Assembly: GCA_002189035.1 (NCBI GenBank)
Contig: NEEC01000017.1
Span: 62,001-126,000, forward strand
Source: Utricularia gibba
Taxonomy: Eukaryota; Plantae; Magnoliophyta
Direction of reading: 5' to 3'
DNA length: 64,000 bases
Positions 22,787 through 34,975 of this stretch are shown piece by piece (the first letter of the stretch is position 1; every line of letters starts with the position of its first letter). Made by a program: the position numbers and the translations under genes. The notes below the pieces were generated by a model. The model was not told where the DNA came from. It saw nothing but the letters and a program-made list of their open reading frames with translations, and did not search any database.

Positions 22787-23495
22787 TGATAAACAAAAAA
22801 TTTACACGTCGTAAATGTAAATCTTGCTATCAAATAAATTTACAACCTAATACACATTAAAAACAATACAATTATGAGCATAGTGATTAGTGTCGAACAC
22901 GAAGAGCAAGTGCTTGCTATGTGAAAGTTGATGCATGAAACTAGTGTCACGTTGGTAAAATTGATCTTAGCTAGGACTAAGGCAGAACTAAAACGAAATA
23001 CAGTAAAGAAAAGTAATAAGTTCTGGAGCTCGGTTGTTTCTGGAATGAAATGGGTGATGCCTTAGGACTCCTAGGGGATGTATGCTCATCATTAAACAAG
23101 CTCATACAAATCACAAATCATACAACTAACTCAAAAGGTCTAGGTCTACCCGAACTCTTGTTTTCCCGCCTAATCGTTGGTCTATCTCTAATTAGGGTTG
23201 TTAAGCTGGGTTTCACTACTTCCCCCTCCTGGATCTATCTTGGTTTGTTAAGGAAGTGGCGTGATTTATGGCTGTTTAGATCTAAAGATTGATTAACATG
23301 TTTCTCCCCTTTTCACCCCAAGGCACCCCCTAAGTACTTAGCCACTCATATTTGAGACAAACGAAAATAGAAAAGAAAACATCATCCACAATGCATTCAT
23401 GTCTCAGTCGACTACTAGAAGATAAACAAGCAGGAAACTGAAATGTTCGATAGAAAGCTAGAAAACGTTGCTAGCTAATCTTAGCTAGGAGTAAT
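22787..23495 (-). repeat. Partial 5' LTR, family C
   Basis: Co-linear with 51814-52525 and 15879-16555. Confidence 0.85.
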
Positions 23496-23599
23496 AATAT
23501 GATATTTTTCTTGAATGCAAAATTAATTGAAAATCCTTTCTTAAATTCAGTAGTCACTCCTCATGCAAATCGGAGGTGGTTATCAATTATGTATGCAGT

Positions 23600-24240
23600 C
23601 CTATAACTACACCTACAATAGCAGGAAACAAATATTATGTAATATTCATATATGAATATTCCAAGTACATGTGAATATACCTTATGAAGCGTAAGGCTGA
23701 GGTATTACGATACTTTGAAATTTTCAAAGCTCTTGCTGAAGTACAAAGCAATTGCAAAAATCTCACCCTCCAATTTGATAATGGAGGCGAGTACAAGTCA
23801 ATTGAACTAAAGAGTTTATGTGGTATTGTCCAACAGTTTATCACTCCATATATACCTGAACAACAAAATGAGATTTGCGAGCAGAAAAATCAAACTATAG
23901 TTAAAATGGTTAGTTGTCTCTTGTATCAAAAAAGGTTACCTAAAGTGTTGTGGAGAGAAGCAACAAACACTGCAGCGTACTTGCTTAATTGTACCTACGG
24001 AAGGCACAAAAGATAACAAGACTCCCTAGCTCTTGTATAACGAAGTTCTTGCTTTGGACAAAATTTTTTGGCTCATCTTGCTATATTCATATTCTTAAAG
24101 AAAAGAGAACAAAATGGGATATAAAATCAAAAACTAAAATATTTTTTGGATATGCATATGCAAATAAAGTGTACAGAATACTAAACCTACAAAAAAATGA
24201 AGTTGAAGTTATCTGAGACATGATAGTGGACGAGAACATT
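23600..24240 (+). pseudogene. Ty1/copia integrase fragment
   Basis: FEIFKALAEVQ..LQFDNGGEY..TPYIPEQQNEICEQKNQT..LPKVLWREATNTAAYLLN and FGSSCYIHI..KRTKWDIKS..IFFGY. Confidence 0.85.
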
Positions 24241-25169
24241 ATCTATGATTGGAGCAATAATTCATCACTAACTAAGAATCACTCCTCTTACTCTAGAATA
24301 ATTTTGCGTTTGTTTCCCTCAATGAATCTGGAAGATAATCCTAAAAATAATATTTTGATCCTCCCGAATAAATAAATCAAAGCAGTGAACACAATTCAAG
24401 AAATGGAGTTCTAAGAAGAAAATATCTCAATGATTAAGTCAAGTCAAATGTAGACTAAAATAGCATCCAGGAGGAACATTCAACCAAGAACATGATATGC
24501 CACAAGTCCAAAGTACACAACTTCAAACTTCAAAACCTAAACCAACACTCAAGAAACCAGCCCACTCAGATAGACCTTGCTGCAACAAGACATAATAACA
24601 ACTAGTTCTATGACCCACAAAAACAAATGCTTGTAATATGTAGAAATGATTTTTTCATCAACACACCGGGGAATCAAAAAGGCTCATCAATGTTTTTCAA
24701 TACCTTCCAAAGTCTTCAATATTTTAAAATTTTTCAGCTTCTTACCCGAGTATGGAAGCACTAACAAAGGGTACCTGGACGGATGTTGCTTCTTAGCAAC
24801 AAAATGCCTTCGTTGCTAGAGGTGGACACTGGCCCTTATATCCCTTGTAGTCGTTGTGCAATCTTTTCTCGGATGTTACTAATATACAACCATTTCCCCC
24901 GTCAAAATGGTATTGCATGGTCGGATGTCAGGTTATTGGGTATTCACTAAAAAACAAAAAACATTCCGATAGTAAATGTATTTGGGGCCAGGCACAGCTC
25001 ACCTGCGGTGGATGGATTTGTTTGCCGATAGGGACACCAGTTGACGCAATCCTCCAAGGTTGACAAGTCTCGAGTATGCTGCCGTACGAAACTTACCTCG
25101 TCAATGGAGGATACTATACAACATCCCATCTGCAATCTCTAATCCGCACTCCTCATCCTAAAACCCGAC

Positions 25170-27992
25170 ATGAAACCAGCTCAACTTCTCCCTGCTTTTC
25201 TTCTTCTCATTTTATTGTTTGTTTTGACTCCGGGCGGCGCCTCTCGCCTGTTGTCTTCCGAGCTTGTCCCCGATGCTAATCGGCTCCCATTTAGAATTAG
25301 TAATCAAAAAGGTTTTATTTGGGGTGTTGATGAACGCGGAGGGGAGGAATCCTGCGAGGAGGTGTTCGGTTTTGTGCCGTGTTCCAAGACGATGATGGGG
25401 CACTTGTTCCTCATTCTGGTCTACGAATACTTACTGTTCCACGCTGAGTCATATGTAGCTTCAGGAGGACAAAGAATATTCCAGATCCTCGGCCCTGGAG
25501 TGTTTGGTGCCAGTGTGTTCCAGGTTATTGGTTCTCTACCAGAAGCCCTGATACTTCTAGGTGTGTCCACACAGCTTGTTTTCCAGATAAATGAATATCA
25601 TATGTAATCTATTATTTGATCTCAAAGAGATTGCTGATCTTCTGTAGCCTCTGGATTATTCAGTAGCAAGGAAGTTGCAGAGGAATGTGTCATAACCGGA
25701 ATCGGTTTATTGGCCGGATCATCAATCTTGCTTCTCACCATTCTATGGGGAAACTGTGTTATTCTAGCAAGTCGGCGCTTCTCAGATCACTTGAATGATA
25801 ATCTTTTTGAGCATCGGGACTACAACCCTCTGGAAAAATTCTTCTTTTCCCTATGGCCTGGTTTGTCTTTATTTTTCTCAATCATCTTCTCGGATCTAGC
25901 ATTGTCCGGCTTAGTTTATCTTTGCTTCTTCGCATTTTGGCAGGTTCGGGTATCATCACGGACTTAGAAACAAGCTACACTGCCAGAATTATGCTCATTT
26001 CCGTGATACCATTAGCCTTGATCCAACTACCTCGGATATTGAATCTATCTAGCCATGGAGAACTTATTTTTATGGGGACTATGATAGCTGTCTCGCTGTT
26101 GTTCCTGATTTCTTACTTCTTGTACCAGGTGCCTCCGTCGTGTGCATTTCCTATTATCATCAGTTTGCTTTTCTTTCTTTTTATGGGCTTCGTGGTGGAA
26201 TTGCAGTTCTTTCAACCATGGATTCAAAGGCGGCGCCTACTTTATATAAAACATGAGCATCTGGTGCTAGACATTCTGAGACATTTTCAGAACGAGACAA
26301 TGGGAAAGCTGTTGACTGAAACCGGATCCCCAAGTGCCACAGCCATAAAAAGGTGGGGAATGAGCTTGCTCTCTCTGTTATTGCAGAAGATACTCCACAT
26401 CACATCTGTTTTCATGCAATTATGCAGACTGTTCGATGAGAAGGACCGTGATGGAGACAAGGTTATCAATATCGCTGAACTCAGAGAGTTTCTGAATGAG
26501 ATTCAATTCAGAAGGGTCCACGAAGAAAAGGACTCCATCATTGCGCAGATAGTGGCCGAGTTCGATGCTGATAATGACCAGAAAATTACCACTGACGAAT
26601 TTGAGTGTGATGAGGAAATGGCTTGCAGAGGTGAAGACAGGAATGGACAGGAGATACCATTCCGTTAAATCTCTCAAGGACATGTACGAGGTACTCCTGT
26701 AGTCTAGTCGAGATTTAGGACTAGACAGCTCTTTCTGCATGTGTATATATGCGAAGAGAAGTGACACGACACCACCGTCTCCCACAGGTTCTTAAACCAT
26801 GGATTCGCAAGAAGATGGCAGAGCATGAAATGATGACACGTCTTATGCCCGCTGTGGTGGAAAATATTCAGAACTATTCTGTGTATGGGAACTTGGTGTT
26901 AGAGGACGGAACACCAGATGTCCCTGCAATAAAGAGGTGCATTGCATGGTCACTCGGTAATGCACACTGCCTATTGGTACGATAAATGAATTTGAGTTCC
27001 GCAGGTTGTTTAAGAGCATTGATCGTGACGAAGACGACTCCATATCAACCTTTGAATTGAAAACGCTGCTAAATGAAATCAACTTGGGCATATCCCCATA
27101 TGATGAGGACGTGGCAACGTCTACCATAATTGAGGAGCTCGATTTGAATGGTGATCAGTTAATTGATGAAGAGGAGTTTATTAAGGGATTGTGTGAGTGC
27201 CTGAACGCGATGAACTGCGATTCAGAGCTTGAGGAAGATGAGAAACATCATGTATCGTTTATAAGGATCTCTTATCCATCTCCTTTCCTTTACATATGGT
27301 AATGATATGAGCTCAGATGAACAAACCAAATTTCTCTTTTATTTGGTTGTTTCAGGATACTTGGGAGCAAATAGACAAAGTTGCCGAGGATAAGTTGACG
27401 GATAAGTCGGTCTTGGCCTGGACCAAAGCGCTATTCCTTTCGGTTATTGGAATCGGTATGCTTGGAATTCTCGCTGAACCCCTGTCTAAAAGCGTTCGTG
27501 ATTTCTCCAGGGCCGCCAAAATTCCATCGTTTTACGTAGCATTCGTACTTGTTCCGGTGGCTACCAATGCTCGGATAGCGGTTTCCGCTGTCTCTGAGGC
27601 TCGAAGGAAGAAACTTACCACCATTTCTTTAACATTGTCTGAGGTACATTGCTCCCTCTCCGTTGCGCATTATTCTGTTTTCGGCAGCTAGGAAAATGTT
27701 GGTTTTGTTTTGAGAAATGCAGATATATGGGACAGTTTTCATGAACAACATCCTGGGGTTATTTGTTCTTCTTTCACTAAGCCACTTCCGCGGGATATCA
27801 TGGAAGTTGTCATCAGATATTCTGGTGGTGCTGCTGGTATCCGCCATTACCGGTTGCGCGACAAGCTTCAACACAGTTTTCCCTGTATGGACATCCATCG
27901 TGGCTTTTCTCCTGTATCCTTTGTCATTGCTACTGGTCTACGCTCTTACGGATTTTGAAAACATGATTGGACCGGAGATCCAACAGATGTAG
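25170..27992 (+). CDS. NCL2-like Na+/Ca2+ exchanger-like protein with 4 EF-hands, 9 exons (~717 aa if corrected); carries an apparent 2-nt frameshift at ~26603
   Basis: Exons 25170-25560, 25648-25860, 25944-26128, 26207-26352, 26428-26690, 26788-26936, 27005-27251, 27356-27643, 27723-27992. Motifs SCEEVFGFVPC, GSLPEALIL, QPWIQRRRL; EF loops DRDGDKVINIAE, DADNDQKITTDE, DRDEDDSISTFE, DLNGDQLIDEEE. Exon 5 is 2 nt short of frame. Confidence 0.85.
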
Positions 27993-28980
27993 ACCCAAGC
28001 GCGGGGCACCCTACAGTTTTTTCAGTTGATGATGTATACACAACACAACAGACATTCTTTCTTAACTTTTATTGGTTATGTACACTCCTGAAGCGATGGC
28101 TGGGCAGGCCCTCAAAAGCTCTAATTAACCAGATGCATTGAACCACTATACTATTCAGTACTGATTTACGAAGACGTGGGGGTAGTTGCATTAGTATACA
28201 TATTTGTTAGGCTTCAACTTCAAAATCAACTCAAATGTGGAGGCTTTTCTCCCAGGTTCTCCTTGAGGGTCGCCGTCTCCTCCATCATCCGTACACAACA
28301 TGGTTATTGGTGTAGGATCCAACTATGATGTTCATCGGTGCATTCACTGATCAGCAGCGGTGATGGTTTGCCAAGTGTGCTTGTGAATGCATTCACGCAA
28401 TTGCTAAGCAGAGTGTTCAATAACAAAGATCAGAAACCAAGACAATTACGAATTCAGAACAACGACGAATTAAACAGCATTGCAACAACCAATACGAAAA
28501 AACTGGAAAGTTGGGCAAGTTGATCAGGTGATCATATCCACGTTTCACGTTCGTGGGTAATTTTGCGTCCAGCACTGCCTTGTCCTGCACTTCTGCTGAC
28601 ATGGTTTCATAATCTATCTGGCATGATGTGCTTACTGATGCTGGCTTGCCTTCAATTCAAGAAGCAGTAGAAGTAGAAGAAGAAGATACCAACAAATAAT
28701 ACACTTTTTCATCCACTGGGAAGTGGAATTCGATACCATCCCGACGCTTGAAGTTTTCCATAGATAGGATTCTTATGTCTTTTCTGTCGGCTCCATATTC
28801 AGCTCCCTGACTCACAACTCCAATTCACGATCCACTAATTCGTGCTTACGGAAGAATTCCAGGCTTCGCAATGTTTTTTTTCTTCTTTTCTTCTTTTTGT
28901 TTTTTCCTTTTCCTTTTTCTCTCTTCATAAGTCGTGCAACACTGCTGCAACTGGACTGGGGTTTGCGTCGTCGCCCCGCC

Positions 28981-31035
28981 ATGAGCTGCCGATGGATTTC
29001 CCTGTGGCTTCTCACCTCTGCCTTGTTCCTTACTTCATGCGGTTCCGTTTCCCTGGGATCGGTCGCCCTGCCGCGCCACCACCTTGAGAGTAATAATAGA
29101 AGTAGTAGCTGCGACCAAACGTACGGATTCATGCCGTGTACCTCCACCCTGATCGGAAATCTGTTTTTGATTTTGGTCTACGGTTACTTTATGTACCTAG
29201 CCGCAACCTTTCTCTCCTCTGGCAGTGAGCTCTTACTTGAAATCCTCGGCCCCGGAATTGTGGGCGGTCTTTTCCTCCCAATTCTCGGTGCCCTTCCCGA
29301 CGCCATGCTTGTCCTTGGTACAATACATACAAACACCCGTTTGCTATTTAGTCCTTGGTACCAAACAAACTTGTTGTAACTTGTCATGCTCTCCTTGCTT
29401 CAGTTTCTGGGCTTTCCGGGAGCAGGGAAATTGCTCAAAGCCAGGTCTCTGTAGGAATGGGACTTCTTGCTGGATCTACCGTGATGCTACTCACTGTAAT
29501 ATGGGGTACCTGTGTTATAGTTGGCAAGTGTAATATCCACGACAATGTTGCCGTTGACTCTCAGGACACCAATGGCTTCAGCTTAACTGGTTTTCTCGTA
29601 CTTCCGTGCTTTCCTTTTTACCTCTTTTTCTGGTATAATCTGGGATTCTCCTAATCATGCAGGCTCTGGCGTTAGTACTGACGTGTGGACGCGGTATGCA
29701 GCCATGATCATGGCGGTGTCTTTGATCCCATTTCTTGTTGTCCAACTACCGCAACTTTTGCGTTCGAACTCTGGAAGACATTTGGCTGTCTTGATCGCTC
29801 TTCTTGTTTCTCTTACGCTTCTTGTGGCATACTGTGTTTACCAGATTTTCCAGCCATGGATTCAGAGAAGACGACTTGCTTATGCCAAGCATAAGCATTT
29901 GATATCTGGCATACTCAAGCATTTCAAAATGCGCAGCCTAGGGAAGCTTTTAACTGCAGATGGAAAGCCTAACCGAGAAGTTCTTCTAAAGTAAGTTCTT
30001 TGTTCTTGCTTGTGGGTCCCCCAATTGGAATTGTCTTCCAGTTCTGACAGTTATCTTCTGATATTGACCATGGAAGGCTCTTCGAAACCATTGATGAGGA
30101 TGAAGATGGATACCTGTCACACTCGGAGTTACGAGCTCTGATCGTTGGAATTGAGCTTGAGAAGATGAATTTCGACTGTGATGATGCTGTAGAGAAGGTG
30201 ATGAAGGATTTTGATGTCACCCTCGACAGTAGAGTTGACTCAGAAGAGTTCATTGCTGGAGTTGGAAAGTGGCTTGGTGAGGCCAAGGGTAGAAGAGTTC
30301 ATACTGATTCCATGGAGTACATAGATGAATTTCACAGGGTATTGAGTTACCACCCCTGTTGTTACGCTGTGCGACATGAATCATTCTCACACTTGCTTTT
30401 GCAGCAAACAAGGAGAGATCATGATCGGCTGGGAGCACAGGCTGATGAAGAAACTGAAGGCATCCAGAATCCACGGTGGTATATAACAAAAGCTGTAATT
30501 CTACTGATTCTTGGATCAGCCATCGCAGCTGCATTTGCAGAGCCTTTAGTTGATGCAGTTCATAATTTCTCTGTCGCTTCAAAGATTCCCACCTTCTTCA
30601 TATCTTTTATTGCTCTTCCACTGGCCACTAACTCAAGTGAAGCAGTTTCCGCTATTATCTTTGCAAGTAGGAAGAAGCTGAGGACCGCATCCCTGACATT
30701 TTCAGAGGTAAGCAGAATGACTCTGCTAGCAACTTATATCCCACGCTTACTAACTCGGACTGAGTCTAGACAACTCGCTGGTGCAGTTGTATGGAGCGGT
30801 CACCATGAACAACGTCCTCTGCCTTTCAGTTTTCCTTGCTCTCGTCTACACCCGTGGATTGAAATGGAATTTCTCATCAGAAGTGCTCGTCATCCTCATT
30901 GTCTGCATCGTCATGGGGGCGCTGGCAAGTTCTCGGACAACTTTCCCTCTCTGGAGTTGCTCAGTATCTTTTTTCTTATACCCATTTTCTCTCGGACTTG
31001 TTTACCTTCTTGACTATCACTTCGGATGGTCTTGA
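28981..31035 (+). CDS. NCL: Na+/Ca2+ exchanger-like protein NCL, 6 exons, 554 aa
   Basis: Exons 28981-29317, 29404-29589, 29663-29990, 30077-30338, 30405-30707, 30787-31035 (1665 nt, in frame). Motifs CDQTYGFMPC, LGALPDAMLVL, QPWIQRRRL, EF loop DEDEDGYLSHSE, LPLATNSSEAVSA, YGAVTMNN. Confidence 0.93.
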
Positions 31036-31252
31036 ACGGTTTAGTCCTCTGATACTAGGTTCCAGTTTCTTTCACCATCAGAGTTTGGCACATAAGAATT
31101 GCTAAACAGTAAAAACCGAAATCATCAAACAACAAGCTTCAAAATTAAAGAAAACATTCAGCCACATGATTGATTACAAAGAGCCACAAAGTAGACAAAG
31201 GTGCTAACTTGCACCCCATCTCATCGGGAGAACAGAAACGAAAGCTATCAAT

Positions 31253-31944
31253 CTAAAACAGCCTTCTTTTCCTTATCTTGAAACTGGATGAGCGAATCAC
31301 ATTGTCGTCTGCTAGAAGTGTTTCTGTAAGAAGGGAAATGGACTCAGGTTTGGTGAAATAGGTGAAGAGAAGATATATACCATCCAAGTAGGTGTTGCTT
31401 TCTCCAGCCTTGTTCTTCTTCCTGATGCCGTAGGCAAGAGGGATCACCCCCCTATTGAAAACCTCCACATACATTCCTCCACCAGCGATTAGCAACTGAA
31501 TCACTTAACACCCAACATTAGGAATCATTAGCGAATCTCAAATAAAGGAAAGATTTTTTTTACCTCTTCATACTTCTGGGTTAACGAAAGACGCTCGTCT
31601 TCAGACATGTCGGGCCTTAGAACCATCATCGTTTCGTACTTCCGGAGGCCAGGGGGACATGGTGGCTCCTCTTGCTTATCGTCCAATTCCGGAAAGTCGG
31701 CAGCAGAAATCTGCGAATCCCGCGACTCACTACTTCCTTCCAAATCTCTTTCGAAGAGCCCTATGTCAAATTCTGCTTTCACAGACAGCGCCGTTCCCCT
31801 AGAGCTTTCTCCTTTTCTTGATCTGAACATCAAAATTCTCCGAGGGCTACAGAATGTGCAGGGGGACGCTAGCAGGAGCGAAGACGGGCGAGGCTGTTGG
31901 GATGGGAAAAGTGGCTTCGCGACCGCAAGAGCGTTGGACGCCAT
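31253..31944 (-). CDS. PRPS6: Plastid 30S ribosomal protein S6 with transit peptide, 2 exons, 207 aa
   Basis: Exons 31944-31564 and 31495-31253. Ser/Ala/Arg-rich N-terminus, then CPPGLRKYETMMVLRPDMSEDERL..LLIAGGGMYVEVFNRGVIPLAY.I..DDNVIRSSSFK. Confidence 0.94.
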
Positions 31945-34900
31945 GGATGCTATCGCACTTCACCAGCAGCTACCCTGATTCCGATTAGATAGGGACGGAA
32001 GAAACGGTGGTTTGGAGGATGCGCTTTACAGGCCCTCAAAAGCGACTTCAGTATATTAGTTTTTTGGAATTAAAAAATAAACAAGGCGGCAGTGGGTAAA
32101 TTGAGTGCAAAAGCACAACCCAGCGCTAGACCTGGGTAAGGATGTTTCAGCATTTTGGTGTCATGATTCAGACTCCAAATGTCACTGCTAAACATATACA
32201 TGGAAGATCCATGAGGGTACTTTAAGCTTGCATATGTTATTTTCATTTGATATTTAAAGCAACGTGAGTAGAAGAATGGATATTTAATTTAATTTGTAAG
32301 GATTTGAGACCTTACAAACTTGGTGAGGAAGATAGGCATTCAGACTCACAAAGTTGCACCAACCTGATGATTGAGGATTATGCTATGTTCTAACACAAAG
32401 GAAACACATAGAAAGTCATGATCCACAAAACATGAGTATGCTGGTCAAAAAATAAAAATCCATTATGGTTAGAGAGTCACATTGGATTTAAAAAAAAAAG
32501 TGTCAAGAAAGAAGCCTAAGGTTTCTTCTCCATAGGAGTCCCATTAGACTCAAGGAATTTATTCGAGAGAGAAGTCTCTTAATATTTAGATGGTGTTTGA
32601 TAATTGATTTAAGATTTTAAGTATATGATTTAAGATAAAATATATTTTTATGAATTTAGAGATGTTATATTTTGTAATGAAAATATGGTTAGATTGTAAT
32701 TTTAAATAATTGGTTTTATACCTATTTTGAAATGAAAAAGAAAAAAAGATAGATTAGTAATAAATATGGGGTTTAATATTAAGCATACTATCTTCCTGAT
32801 TTTCAATAAAGATATATATGTCATTTTAATTATCTATTTTAAAATAAATCAAAACCAATGATTTATTTATAGCTTCATACTAAACCTATATCTTAAAATA
32901 ATGAGAAAATTTCAAATTTACCATTAATGTTTACTCTAAAATTCATTTTTGTCTTTAAAAATATTGAAAAACTGGTTCAATTAAAAAACCGTTCATTAAT
33001 TAAATAAAAATAATGGCCTCCATGAACATTAGGGTTTAGAGACCTCGTGTAAATCAAAACTCCCGCTTGGTTGTAAACTAATTCATCTCTCTCAACAAAT
33101 GAGTGACGACAATTCAAGGAAACAAGAGAGACAAGGTGGGTATTTAGTCACCAAAAGAGATGAAAACATTGAATAGTGTGTTTTGAGACTACATTATGGT
33201 GGTGGGCTCGATTCTTCTACCCAAAAGTATGTCAACGTCTCTGAAAAATTGTTGGAAATTGGGTATGTTTCAGAATTTTCGTATGAATTCTTATTTGGAG
33301 TAGTTTCAATTCTTGGTATAAGTGAAAACTTTCGTGTATTTTTTAAGTATTCGAGTGATTTACAGAATGAAATACATGAGTTGAGCAAGAATGATGATTT
33401 TAACTTAATAAGACACTTGCTTCTTCAGCTTGACCATGTTGATATTTTCATTGATTCAGGTTTTGCTAGGAGAGATCTGACTTTAGTTTGTGAGGCTGAA
33501 TTTGGTAGAGTCTCAACACTGGAGAGTGAAATGGATGGTCGTGACATTCGTATAGAGATGAGTAAAGATTCTGAAAATTGGGCAAGCTTGGATGATCTTG
33601 TACTTGTTGAAAATATTGCTGAAAGTCAAAAAAAATGTTTCAGAAATTCTTGTTGAAAATGATGAAAAGGTTGTTGAAGTTGATGCTTGTTTTTTCATGG
33701 ACAATGTTAATGAAAGTGGCATTGGAAATGGTTCTAAAGAAAGTGAAGATAAATCTATTTGTGACTCTCACTGCAGTGATGAAGAATTTTGGTGTGAAGA
33801 AGATCATGATTTTACAAGAAAGGATGAGGTTTTTAAGAAGTGTGTAGATCCATGTGTAGAATCTAGAATTAATGCTGAAAATATTGTGAGTGTTTATAAG
33901 AGCTTGAGAGATAATATTCGTTTTGAAGGTAATATGGATGATATAGACTCAAGTTTTGATTTGAGAAGTCTCCAAGAGTTGGATGAAGAAGAAATAAGCA
34001 AGACTTCTCTTTATAATCCTAAGAGTGATGCTGAAGATCCCAGTTTGGTTAACGACTTGGTTTTTAACTCTAAAGAAGAAGCAAGATTTTCCATTCATAC
34101 ATATGGAATGAAACATGGCAAAGATTTGGTGTTTCACATTGACAACAAAAGAGTGATTGCAACATGTAGAGCCAATGGATGTCCATGGTGCACCTATGTT
34201 TCCAAAACAAAAAATGACAAAGGTTGGCTCATAAAAAGTTTCAATAATGACCATCAAGGATGTGCTAGAAGCAGAGTAAATATTGGTTTAAGAAGCAACT
34301 ATCTAGCAAAGAAAAATTTACGAACTGAAATTTCGAAATCAAAGGCCTTTAGAGCAAGGAAAAAAGCATTATATATTTTGAACAAGACTGATTCTGAACA
34401 ATGGAGTTTGATTCGATATTATGTTGTTGAGCTATTAAGATCAAATCTTGGGTCTACAGTGCATTTGCAGCTCTCTAATTCTGAGAAACCAGAATACAAG
34501 AGATTCAAGAGCTTGTATGTTTGCTTGGCCACTTTAAAAGAAAACTTTAAATCCGGTTGTAGGAAAGTTGTGGGAGTTGACAGATGTTTTCTTAAAGGAG
34601 GCTTTAATGGCCAATTACTAACTGCTGTTGTAATAGATGCTAATAATGGAATTTTTCCGATAGCATATGCGGCTGTAGAAATTGAAAAATCAATGGAGTT
34701 GGAAGGAGTTTCTTGAAGTACTTAAGGAAGATCTTGAGGTTGTAGATGAACTTGAATGGACATTTATTTCTGACAAACAAAAGGGGTTGTTGGAGGCTTT
34801 TGAACAATTGATGCCACATGTTGAAAATAGGTTTTGTGTTAGACACTTGCACTCTAACCTGAAGACTGCTGGTCACAATGGCATTAAACTAAAAAATCTT

Positions 34901-34975
34901 CTTTGAGCAGCTGCAAGAGCAATGAAACCTGAGGTTTTTGCTGCACATATGGAGGAGCTGAAAAAAACAGACTTA

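Noticed and set aside
28621-28641. C/D-box snoRNA (ATGATG..CTGA)
   Set aside because: Boxes are only ~7 nt apart, too short for a snoRNA, and there is no guide region.
28300-28700. Small gene between the NCL paralogs (ORFs 28338-28523 +, 28417-28602 -)
   Set aside because: Short, no recognisable motif or convincing splice structure.
33183-34716. Intact domesticated MULE/FAR1-like gene
   Set aside because: Frameshifts, an in-frame stop at ~34905 and a 6.6-kb insertion make it a pseudogene.
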